DNA of 64,000 nt from Candidatus Eiseniibacteriota bacterium (GTDB lineage: Bacteria > Eisenbacteria > RBG-16-71-46), in the NCBI GenBank assembly GCA_963707915.1, contig OY970178.1, positions 544,001-608,000 of the forward strand, written 5' to 3'. The notes below the pieces were generated by a model. It saw only the letters and a program-made list of their open reading frames with translations, was not told where the DNA came from and did not search any database. Position numbers and translations under genes: made by a program. Positions 21,329 through 30,293 of this stretch are shown here, one piece after another. How positions within the stretch are numbered: the stretch's first letter is position 1; every line of letters begins with the position of its first letter.

Positions 21329-22488
21329 GCACGGCGGTGAAGCGACTCGCCGTGCTGGGTTCGACCGGCTCGATCGGGACCCAGGCCCTCGAGGTCGCCG
21401 CACGGGCGCGCGGGCGCGTGCAGGTCGTGGCCCTGGCCGTCGGTCGATCGTTGGACGCGCTGGTGGCGCAGGCGCGCGTTTGGCGCCCCGCCGCGCTGGC
21501 GCTCGAGTACGCGGCGGACGGTGCCGCGGCGCGGGCGGCCCTGCAGGCGGCGGCGCCGGGCGCCGCCGTCGAGGTCGGGCCGGGTGCGGCGGCCCGGCTG
21601 GCGGCCGGGTGCGGTGCGGACGTGGTGCTGAACGGCATCGTGGGATCGGCCGGGCTGCGCGCCTCGCTCGCGACCCTCGCCCGCGGGGCGCGCCTGGCGC
21701 TCGCCAACAAGGAATCGCTGGTGGTGGGAGGGGCGTTGGTGAGGGCCGCGCTGGCGAAGGGCGGCGAGGTCGTCCCCGTGGACAGCGAGCACAGCGCCGC
21801 CCTCCAGTGCCTCGGCGGGCGCCCGCCGCGGGAGGTCCTGCGCCTGACGCTCACCGCCTCGGGCGGGGCGTTGCGGGGCCATCCGGACTGGCGGCGCGCG
21901 ACGCGCGAGGAGGTGCTGGCCCACCCGGTTTGGAGCATGGGTCCGCGCATCACGGTGGATTCCGCGCTGCTGTTCAACAAGGGACTCGAGCTGATCGAGG
22001 CCCAGGCGCTCTTCGGGCTGGAGTGGGAGCAGCTCGGCGCGGTGCTGCACCCGCAGACCGTGGTCCACGCCGTGGTGTCGTTCCGGGACGGCTCGTCGGT
22101 CGTGCAGGCGGCGGTGCCGGACATGCGGCTGCCGATCCAGCTCGCGCTCTCGTGGCCGGAGCGCTGGGACGAGGCCGTGCGCCCGCTCGACCCGGTGGCG
22201 CTCGGCGGCCTCGAGTTCGCGCCGCTCTGCGCCGACCGCTTCCCGGCGTTCGCGCTCGCGCTCGCGGCGGGACGGGCGGGCGGCACGGCGCCGTGTGCCC
22301 TCAACGGGGCGGACGAGGTGGCGGTCGCCGCGTTCCTGGATGGCGCGATCACGCTCGACCAGGTCCCGGAGGTGGTCGCGCGGGTGGTGGAGGCGCACCG
22401 CGTGGAGGTGGTGGAGTCGGTGGAACAGCTGGAGCGCGTGGACGCGTGGGCGCGGGAAGCGGCACGCGTCGCGGTGTCGGCGCGATGA
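21325..22488 (+). CDS. dxr: 1-deoxy-D-xylulose 5-phosphate reductoisomerase
   Basis: GSTGSIG, LANKESLV, PVDSEH, TASGG, WSMG..ITVDSA, NKGLE. Confidence 0.96.
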   Translation: MSTAVKRLAVLGSTGSIGTQALEVAARARGRVQVVALAVGRSLDALVAQARVWRPAALALEYAADGAAARAALQAAAPGAAVEVGPGAAARLAAGCGADVVLNGIVGSAGLRASLATLARGARLALANKESLVVGGALVRAALAKGGEVVPVDSEHSAALQCLGGRPPREVLRLTLTASGGALRGHPDWRRATREEVLAHPVWSMGPRITVDSALLFNKGLELIEAQALFGLEWEQLGAVLHPQTVVHAVVSFRDGSSVVQAAVPDMRLPIQLALSWPERWDEAVRPLDPVALGGLEFAPLCADRFPAFALALAAGRAGGTAPCALNGADEVAVAAFLDGAITLDQVPEVVARVVEAHRVEVVESVEQLERVDAWAREAARVAVSAR

Positions 22489-22549
22489 ACCGGGCCGGCC
22501 TGCGGCTCGCGCGCCGGAGACGACGGGTGACGTCGTCGCACCGGCGGGC

Positions 22550-22579
22550 TTGACCCCCTGCGCCGGAGCGCGATAGCCT
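22550..22579 (+). promoter_or_regulatory. sigma70 promoter for rseP-tamA-tamB
   Basis: TTGACC-N18-TAGCCT. Confidence 0.5.
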
Positions 22580-22611
22580 CGCAGAAACCGGCCCCTTAGA
22601 AGGGAACCCTC

Positions 22612-23988
22612 TTGCACTGGATGAGCGTCGTGAAGGCCATGGCCCCCGGCATCGTGCTGCTGGGCCTCGTCATATTCGTGCACGAGCTGGGGCACTTCCT
22701 CGCCGCCAAGCTGCGGGGGGTGCGGGTCACGCGCTTCTCGATGGGGTTCGGCCCCGCGATGCTCAGCACGACGCGGGGCGGGACCGAGTACCGGCTGGCG
22801 TGGTTCCCGCTCGGCGGTTACGTCCAGATGGCCGGCGACAGCCCGGGCGAGGACGGCGCCATGCCCGGCCGGCGCGAGGAGTTCCTCTCGCACCCGTGGC
22901 CGGGCCGGCTGCTCATCGCCCTCGCCGGCCCGATGGCGAACCTGTTCACCGCCTTCCTCGTGATGGTCTCGGTGGGGCTGGTCGGGGTCCAGTACCCGGA
23001 CTTCCCGAACCAGCTCGGCGCCACCCCCGACACCAGCCAGGCGTTCCAGGCGGGCCTGCGCGAGGGGGACCGCGTGCTGGAGGTGGGCGGCCGGCCGGTG
23101 AAATCGTGGATCGAGATCTTCACGAAGAGCGAGCGCCAGCCCGCCGACCGCCCCCTGCCGGTGGTCGTGCAGCGGGGAGCGGCGCGGATCGCGGTCACGC
23201 TCGCCCCGGAACGGCGCGAGCCGGTGTTGTCGAGCCTGCGCCGCCCGTCCGATCCGCCGGTGGTGGGAGTGGTGGTGACCGGCATGCCGGCATACAAGGC
23301 CGGGCTCAAGGAGGGCGACCTCATCCTGACCGTGAACGGCAGGCCCGTCCGGGCGTGGGAGGAACTGCCGGCCATGCTCCAGGACCAGGCGGACGTCCCG
23401 GTGAAGCTGCGGGTGCGGCGCGACGGCATGGACTTCGACCTCACGGTGACGCCGATGAGCTCGGGCGAAGGCGTCTCGGGCGGCCGCATCGGGATCGAGG
23501 CCCCGCGGCACGGCACCTACGTCGAGCGGCACAACCTGGTCGAGTCGGTGGACATGGGCTTCCGCGCCACCGGCGCGCTGATCGTCAACGTGTACGCCGG
23601 CATGTGGCTCACCGTGAGCCGCCCGATCTACTACCGCGAGTACCTCGGGGGACCGCTCTTCATCGCCCAGGCCGCCAGCCAGCAGGCGCAGCGCGGCCTC
23701 GACTCGTACCTGCAGTTCCTGGCCATGATCAACATCGCCATCATGGCCTTCAACCTGCTCCCCATCCCCATCCTCGACGGCGGCCACATCGTGCTCGCCC
23801 TGCTGGAGGCGGCGCGGCGCCAGGCCATCTCGGCCCGCGGCTACATCTGGTTCCAGAAGATCGGGCTGGTGGTGATGGGTGCGCTCTTCATCATGATCCT
23901 GGCCAATGACCCGTTGCGGTGGCTGCAGCGCCAGCGCGCGCTCGACCGGGCTCCCCAGGAAGAGAAGCTTGCCCCGACGCCGCCCTAG
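22612..23988 (+). CDS. rseP: Site-2 protease RseP (M50, two PDZ domains)
   Basis: HELGH, FSMGFGP, PLGGYV, AGP..N, NLLPIPILDGG. Confidence 0.95.
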   Translation: MHWMSVVKAMAPGIVLLGLVIFVHELGHFLAAKLRGVRVTRFSMGFGPAMLSTTRGGTEYRLAWFPLGGYVQMAGDSPGEDGAMPGRREEFLSHPWPGRLLIALAGPMANLFTAFLVMVSVGLVGVQYPDFPNQLGATPDTSQAFQAGLREGDRVLEVGGRPVKSWIEIFTKSERQPADRPLPVVVQRGAARIAVTLAPERREPVLSSLRRPSDPPVVGVVVTGMPAYKAGLKEGDLILTVNGRPVRAWEELPAMLQDQADVPVKLRVRRDGMDFDLTVTPMSSGEGVSGGRIGIEAPRHGTYVERHNLVESVDMGFRATGALIVNVYAGMWLTVSRPIYYREYLGGPLFIAQAASQQAQRGLDSYLQFLAMINIAIMAFNLLPIPILDGGHIVLALLEAARRQAISARGYIWFQKIGLVVMGALFIMILANDPLRWLQRQRALDRAPQEEKLAPTPP

Positions 23989-25927
23989 GCTCCGCGCGCG
24001 GGACGGGCGACGGACGGTCGCCGTTCTGCTGGGGCTCCTCCTGTCCATCCCGGGCCCCGCCGCTTCCCGGAGCGATCTCGAGAGCCAGCTCAAGACGGTC
24101 GCCGCGGTCGGGATGCGTGGCCGGCACTCGGTGAGCGCCGGCGAGCTCCGCGCGGTCCTGAAGACCCGGCCGCCGTCGTTCTGGCCGTGGACGGAACGGC
24201 AGCCGCTGCGCACCGACTTCGTCAACGCGGACTGCGCGGCCATCGAGGGGGTCTACCACCAGCACGGCTTCCTCGACGCCACCGTGCGGGACAGCCTCCT
24301 GCCGGTGAGGGACCCGGGCCGGGTGCGCGTGCTGTTCCTGGTCCACGAGGGCCCGCGCTCGCGCATCGCCACGGTGGACTTCGAGGGCGTGCGGGCGGTG
24401 CCGGTGGAAGCGCTGCGCCGGGCGATCTACGCCCGGCCGCGCCGGCCCTTCAACCCGGCCTACCTGGTCGCCGACACGGCGATCATCGCGCGCGAGGAAG
24501 GCGAACGCGGGCACCTCCCGCGCGTCGTCGGCACGGCGAGGCGCGACGAGCGGGACTCGCTCCAGGTGCGCGTGGTCTACCGGGTGGAGGAGGGGCCGGC
24601 CTACCGGGTCGGCGCGGTCCACATCGTGAGGCCGGAGTCCCTGCGGGTGAGCGAGCGCCTGGTGTGGCGGGAACTGCTGCTCAAGCCCGGGAGCGTCTAC
24701 CGGCAGTCGAAGATGCAGGAGACCGAGGAGCGGCTCTACGAGACCGGGCTGTTCAGCGAGGCGCAGGTCAGCCCCCGGCCCGACTCCGCGAACAACCGGA
24801 TGGAGTTCCTCGTGCGGGTGCGGGAGCGCAAGCTGCGGTGGCTGGACGCCGGGGTGGGCAGCGGCACGCAGGAGCGTCTGCGCTTCGAAGGGGAGTGGGG
24901 GCACCGCAACCTGGGCAAGCACGGCCTGCAGGGCCTGCTCGGGGCGCGCCTCGCGCTCGACAAGGACGCGAAGTTCCTGCTGTCGCGGGGCGAGGCGTCG
25001 GTGCTGGAGCCGTGGCTGCTCGGGACGCGCAACCGGGCCCAGGTGACGGTCTACATCGAGAAGCGCAAGGACTTCCGCGTCGACACGCTCGAGATCGAGA
25101 AGCGGGCGCGCGGGGTCGCCTTCCAGGTGCAGCGCGGCTTCGGTCGGCTCGCCTACGTGAGACTCACGCAGGACAACACCTGGGTGGTGGACCAGCGGGC
25201 GACGTTCCTCACCGCCGCGCTGTCGCCCGCGGTGCGCGACAGCCTGCTGCAGGGGTTCCTGCCGTCGTACTCGACGCATCGCGTGCAGCTGTCCGGGATG
25301 CGCGACCGGCGCGACAACCCGCTCAGCACCACGCGCGGCAACCTGCAGGTGGCCTCGGCGGACCTCGCGGGCGGGCCGTTCAAGGGCTCCACCAGCTTCA
25401 CCAAGTTCCAGGTCAGCTCGTCGTGGTTCGCGCCGCTGCGCCACCCGGGATGGGTGCTGGCGGCGCGCGCGCGCGGCGGGGTGGTGAAGCCCTTCGGCGC
25501 GGGCCAGGACTTCATCCCCCTGGCCGGCGTCGACCGCGAGGTCGCGCGGGTCCCCACCGAGGACTTGTTCCGCCTCGGCGGGGTGAATTCGGTCCGCGGC
25601 TACGCCGAGAATGAGATCGCGTCCACCGGGGGGCTCGCGCTGCTGAACGCCAACCTGGAGCTGCGCGTCCCGGTCGTGGGGCTGTTCGGCCTGGAGCTGT
25701 TCCTGGACGCCGGGAACGTATGGGCGCGGCCCGAGTTCATCCGGGCCGCGGATTTCACGCCGCGCTTCGGGCGCGCGACGCTGGGTGCCAACGACGTGCG
25801 GTACGTGATCGGGGTGGGGGGGCGGTTCAACCTGGCCTTCGCGCCCGTGCGATTGGACGTCGCGTGGGGCGCGGAGGCCGGCCACCGTGTCGGCAGCGTG
25901 CAGTTCGCCGTCGGCCCGACCTTCTGA
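23969..25927 (+). CDS. Omp85-family outer-membrane protein, TamA-like (about 3 POTRA domains plus barrel)
   Basis: Signal-like N-terminus, POTRA repeats, LGGVNSVRGY, FLDAGNVW, C-terminal Phe; adjacent to tamB. Confidence 0.85.
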   Translation: MPRRRPRLRARDGRRTVAVLLGLLLSIPGPAASRSDLESQLKTVAAVGMRGRHSVSAGELRAVLKTRPPSFWPWTERQPLRTDFVNADCAAIEGVYHQHGFLDATVRDSLLPVRDPGRVRVLFLVHEGPRSRIATVDFEGVRAVPVEALRRAIYARPRRPFNPAYLVADTAIIAREEGERGHLPRVVGTARRDERDSLQVRVVYRVEEGPAYRVGAVHIVRPESLRVSERLVWRELLLKPGSVYRQSKMQETEERLYETGLFSEAQVSPRPDSANNRMEFLVRVRERKLRWLDAGVGSGTQERLRFEGEWGHRNLGKHGLQGLLGARLALDKDAKFLLSRGEASVLEPWLLGTRNRAQVTVYIEKRKDFRVDTLEIEKRARGVAFQVQRGFGRLAYVRLTQDNTWVVDQRATFLTAALSPAVRDSLLQGFLPSYSTHRVQLSGMRDRRDNPLSTTRGNLQVASADLAGGPFKGSTSFTKFQVSSSWFAPLRHPGWVLAARARGGVVKPFGAGQDFIPLAGVDREVARVPTEDLFRLGGVNSVRGYAENEIASTGGLALLNANLELRVPVVGLFGLELFLDAGNVWARPEFIRAADFTPRFGRATLGANDVRYVIGVGGRFNLAFAPVRLDVAWGAEAGHRVGSVQFAVGPTF

Positions 25928-28900
25928 TGAACATGAACCCGCTCGATCCGCACGACTCGAAGGAAGCCCCCCGCCGGGGCGAAGACGCGCGGCCCCCCCG
26001 GCACGAGGGCGTGGTCGAGTCCCTCCGGGAGGAGGTCCAGGAGCTGCACGACCGTGTCGAGGACGCGGTGGAGCACGCCCTGCCGCCCCGGGCGCGGTGG
26101 TCGGCGGGGCGCATCGCCTGGCTCATCGTGCTCTCGACGCTCGGCCTCCTGGCGGTGCTGGTCGGCGGCGGCGTGGCGTGGCTGACCCAGCACACGCAGT
26201 ACGTCGCGGGCACCCTCACCGGGGTCGTCAACCGCGTGCTGGCCGACCACAGCGACGTCGTGCTCGAGGTGCGCGACGTGCGCGGCAACCCGTTCCGGAG
26301 CGTGACCATCGTCGCGCCCCGCCTGCGCTTCCGCGGCGACTCCGGACCGGCGCTGCTCGAGGCGCGCTCGATGGTGCTGCGTTTCGCGCCCTGGGACCTC
26401 GCCTTCGGCAGCCGGCGCTCGCTCGAGATCGGTCTCGAGCGGCCCGTCGTCCACCTGGCCCGCGGCGCGGACGGGAAGCTGCGCCTCCCGCGCTGGCGCT
26501 CGGGGCCGGCGGGACGGGGGCCGGCGCGCGAGTTCGACGTGCGCCTGTCGATCGGCGGCGGGGAGGTCCACGCCCCCGATTCGAGCCTGGACATCCGTGG
26601 CCTGGAATTGCGCGCGCGCGCGCAGCTCGGGAGGCTGGACGAGATCGAGGTGCTGGGCATGAGCTGGGCGCGGGGCCCGCTGGACACGCGGCTCGAGGCG
26701 CTGCGCGGGCGGCTGGTCGCCGGCGACAGCACGCGCTTCGAGCTCGCCGAACTGCGCACTCCGGACCTGGCGCTCTCGGCGAAGGGCGGCTGGCGGCGGG
26801 GCGGACCGGCGCGATTCGCAGCGGTCGATCTCGTGCAGGTGCGCTGGCGCTGGCTGGCGAAGGTGTTCAGGAACCCGCTGTTCGATGTGCCGGGCGAGGG
26901 CGGAGGCCACTTCGACGTGCGCTTCGACCGCGCGGTCAGCGGCACGGGCACGGCCGAGGCGGTGTGGGACAGCGTGCCGTTGAAGGCGCGCGCCGGGTTC
27001 CGATGGGAACGCGGCCGGTTGACGGTGGCCCCGCTGGACGGCGTCTCGCCGGCCGGCGCGTTCCGCGGGCGGGTGGTGTACACGGCGCGCGACCTCGATA
27101 TCCGCGCCGCCGTGACCCACGGCAACCCGGTCTTCTGGCGCGCCATCGGTCTCGCGGGCTGGCCGGCGGGTGACCTGACCGGCGAGATGCACTACTGGTC
27201 GTGGCGCGCGGCGCCCGCCGGCTCGCGTTTCGAGGCGGAACTGGGCGCTTCGGAGCTGGCGGGCTGGCGGGCGGACTCGGCGCACGTCCAGGTCGACGCC
27301 CCGTCGCAGGCGCCGGGCACGTTCGACGTCCTGATGCACCGTCGGGGCGGCCGCGTCGACCTGCACGCCGGCATGGACCACGGCGCCTGGCAGGGGACCT
27401 GGCAGGCCACGCGCTTCCCGCTCGACGAATGGCCGGACGGACGGGCCACGGACATCCGGGGGCTGCTGGGCGAGGGGCGCGGGACCGTGGAGAGCCGGAG
27501 CGGTGCCCTGCGGGTCGCCGGCCGGCTCGCCGGCAGCCCGGCCAGCTGGCTCGGGATGCAGGCCGGCTCGTGGCGGCTCGGCGAGGTGAGCGGGGCCCTG
27601 CTGCCGAAACCGGACCTCGTGCTGAGCGACGTGGCGCTGCGGGACGTGTTCTTCCTGGGCGTGCACTTCGACAGCGCGCGTGCCGTCGTGCGCGTGGGAG
27701 ACGGCGAGGCGCGGCTCGAGCAGGTGACGGCGGCGGGGGGCGACACGGTGGTGACCGCCGCCGGGGCCAGCCGGTGGGGAAAGGCGGGGTGGGGGACGAC
27801 GCTGGCGCGGGCCGCGGCCCGCAGCAGGCAATTCGACTGGGTCGCGGAGGGGCCCCTGGAGCTGGAGGGCGACAAGGAGGGCGTGACGTTCCGGCGCTTC
27901 GCGGCCCGTGACGGCGAGGCCCGGCTCGAGATCGAGGGCCGTTGGGCCGCGCCCGGGGGCAGCTACGACTGGACCGGGAGCGCTGCGGGCCTCGACCTGC
28001 ACCGCCTCGGCCTGCCGCCCGAGTGGGAGCTGGCCGGGACGGCGGACGCGGTCCTCAGGGTCACGGGCCGCTCGGGCGACCCGCGCTGGACACTCGAAGG
28101 CCGGGCGCTGCGCCCGGGCGCGCTGGGACACCGCGGCGACTCGCTGCGCATCGCGCTCTCGGGCGCGCCGTCGCGCGTGACGGTGGAGGACTTCGTCTAC
28201 CGCCTCGGGAGCGGCTCGCTCCGGGCCGCCGTCGTGTTCGAGGGGACGGGCAGGGCGTGGCCGGACACGCTGACCGGGCCGGGCGTGACCCGGTGGTTGT
28301 CGAGCGCGGGGGCCTGGAACGGACGGATGGAGGCGGATGGCTTCCCGCTCGACCGGCTCGGACGGCTGGTGCCGGGGGCGCGGGGCGTGTCGGGCCGGCT
28401 TTCGGGGACGCTGGGCCTGGCAGGACGACCCGCAGTACCGCTGCTCGACCTGCGTGCGGAGGCGGCGCCGCTCGCATGGGACAGCCTGGCGGCGGAGCGC
28501 GTCGTCCTGCGCGCGAGCTACCGCGACGAGCGCGTCGACGTGCCGGAGCTGCGGCTGGTCCGCGCCAGCAGCGTCTCGACCGCCTCGGGCAGCCTGCCCC
28601 TGCGCCTCGCGCTGGGCGCGCTGCCGGTGATGCCGGAAGCGCCCATGAACGGGCGCGTGGACCTGGAGAACGGGGACCTCGCCATCCTGCCGCAGTGGGT
28701 CCCGCAGATCGCGGCCGCCCGGGGCCGCCTCGACCTGCACGGCACGGTGGGCGGCACGCCGCGGCATCCGGACCTCGCCGGCTCCGCGCTGGTGCGCGAC
28801 GGCCAGTTGCTGATCTCCGGCCGGAGCGAGCTGATCGAGGGCCTGAGGGCCGACTTCCGGCTCGAGGAGACGCGCATCACCATGGACAGCCTGTTCGCGC

Positions 28901-30114
28901 GCTCGGGGCGCCGGGGCACGGTGCGCGCCGCGGGGGCGATCGACTTCGACGGCGGACGGATGAAGCACTACGCCTTCCGCCTCGCCATGAACGGCTTCAC
29001 CGCGGTGGAGCCGGGCCTCTACGCGGCGGAGTTCGACGCGCCCCGGCTCACGGTCACCGACGGGCCGCGCCTGAACGGCCAGGTGCTCCCGCACGTGGAG
29101 GGTGACGTGACCCTGCGCGGCGCGCGGGTGCTGTTCGACTTCGCCAACCAGAGCGAGACCCAGCAACTGGCGGCGCGCACCCAGCCGCTCTACTGGACGT
29201 ACCGCATCCGGCTGCTGGCGAACAGCAACCTGCGCTGGCAGCCGCCCGACGGCGACATCGAGTTCAACGCGGACCTCACGCTCGAGCAGACCGAGCAGAC
29301 CCTCGGGATCTTCGGGGACCTGAGCGCGCTGCGCGGGACCTACGACTTCCTGAGCAACCGGTTCAACGTGGCCGTGGCGGACCTGACGTTCGACAACGTC
29401 GGTGGCGTCAACCCGACGCTGGACATCGAGGCGACCACCCGCGTGGTGCCGGTGGCCCGCGCGACCGGGGGCGGCGAGCTGCAGGGCGGGTCGGGCGCGG
29501 CGGGGAAGGTCCACACCATCACCGTGCGGATCAGCGGCCGGGCCGCCACCCCGACCATCGTGTTCGAGAGCGACCCGGGCGACTGGGACCAGCCCACCAT
29601 CCTGAGCCAGCTGACGGTGGGTCGTTTCCTGGGCGGCGGAACGCTGAGTCAGTTGCCGGTCCTCAGCGGCGGCACCATGGTCGCGCAGCTCAGCGACCCG
29701 CTCGACAGCTACGTGACGCGGAAGATCAACGACCAGCTCTCGCCGCTGCTGTCCCGCACCTTCCTGCGGGACGTCGGGCAGTGGCGGCTGGAGCGGCAGC
29801 AGGGCGGCCTGTTCGGCGGTCGGGGGGAGCTGTTCGTGACCCTCGCCCAGCAGTTCAACTCGCGGATGCAGGCCAGCTTCAGCCAGCGGCTGCCAGGCTT
29901 CGAACGGCCCGGTGCCGCGAGCCTCGGGAGCACGGGCACGGTGAATTCCATCGAGCAGGGGCTGCTGGAGCGCAACGTGGCGCTCGAGTACCGGATCAAC
30001 CGGTTCTTCTTCGTCACGACCGAGCTGGCCCAGCGGCGCACGCAGACCGCGACCACGGTCCCGACGCTGGTGCCGGAATTCAACGTCAACCTGAAGGCGC
30101 GCTGGGAATACTGA
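25927..30114 (+). CDS. TamB/AsmA-like translocation and assembly module protein
   Basis: About 1395 aa, N-terminal TM anchor, beta-rich body, C-terminal DUF490-like segment (GTYDFL..F, NPTLDIEA, ARWEY). Confidence 0.8.
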   Translation: MNMNPLDPHDSKEAPRRGEDARPPRHEGVVESLREEVQELHDRVEDAVEHALPPRARWSAGRIAWLIVLSTLGLLAVLVGGGVAWLTQHTQYVAGTLTGVVNRVLADHSDVVLEVRDVRGNPFRSVTIVAPRLRFRGDSGPALLEARSMVLRFAPWDLAFGSRRSLEIGLERPVVHLARGADGKLRLPRWRSGPAGRGPAREFDVRLSIGGGEVHAPDSSLDIRGLELRARAQLGRLDEIEVLGMSWARGPLDTRLEALRGRLVAGDSTRFELAELRTPDLALSAKGGWRRGGPARFAAVDLVQVRWRWLAKVFRNPLFDVPGEGGGHFDVRFDRAVSGTGTAEAVWDSVPLKARAGFRWERGRLTVAPLDGVSPAGAFRGRVVYTARDLDIRAAVTHGNPVFWRAIGLAGWPAGDLTGEMHYWSWRAAPAGSRFEAELGASELAGWRADSAHVQVDAPSQAPGTFDVLMHRRGGRVDLHAGMDHGAWQGTWQATRFPLDEWPDGRATDIRGLLGEGRGTVESRSGALRVAGRLAGSPASWLGMQAGSWRLGEVSGALLPKPDLVLSDVALRDVFFLGVHFDSARAVVRVGDGEARLEQVTAAGGDTVVTAAGASRWGKAGWGTTLARAAARSRQFDWVAEGPLELEGDKEGVTFRRFAARDGEARLEIEGRWAAPGGSYDWTGSAAGLDLHRLGLPPEWELAGTADAVLRVTGRSGDPRWTLEGRALRPGALGHRGDSLRIALSGAPSRVTVEDFVYRLGSGSLRAAVVFEGTGRAWPDTLTGPGVTRWLSSAGAWNGRMEADGFPLDRLGRLVPGARGVSGRLSGTLGLAGRPAVPLLDLRAEAAPLAWDSLAAERVVLRASYRDERVDVPELRLVRASSVSTASGSLPLRLALGALPVMPEAPMNGRVDLENGDLAILPQWVPQIAAARGRLDLHGTVGGTPRHPDLAGSALVRDGQLLISGRSELIEGLRADFRLEETRITMDSLFARSGRRGTVRAAGAIDFDGGRMKHYAFRLAMNGFTAVEPGLYAAEFDAPRLTVTDGPRLNGQVLPHVEGDVTLRGARVLFDFANQSETQQLAARTQPLYWTYRIRLLANSNLRWQPPDGDIEFNADLTLEQTEQTLGIFGDLSALRGTYDFLSNRFNVAVADLTFDNVGGVNPTLDIEATTRVVPVARATGGGELQGGSGAAGKVHTITVRISGRAATPTIVFESDPGDWDQPTILSQLTVGRFLGGGTLSQLPVLSGGTMVAQLSDPLDSYVTRKINDQLSPLLSRTFLRDVGQWRLERQQGGLFGGRGELFVTLAQQFNSRMQASFSQRLPGFERPGAASLGSTGTVNSIEQGLLERNVALEYRINRFFFVTTELAQRRTQTATTVPTLVPEFNVNLKARWEY

Positions 30115-30293
30115 CCCTCGGGGGCCGGGGATCGCGATGGGCGAGCGCAGGGTGCCCCGGCTCGCCCTGAGCGGTCCGCGGTCCGGTCGCTTCGCGGCGG
30201 GTCGCCCGGGCGGGCGGAGGTTGGACGGCCCCGCAGCGTTCCGCTAGATTGCGCGCGACCTCCTCCACCACCTCCCCGACCCGACGAGCGCCC

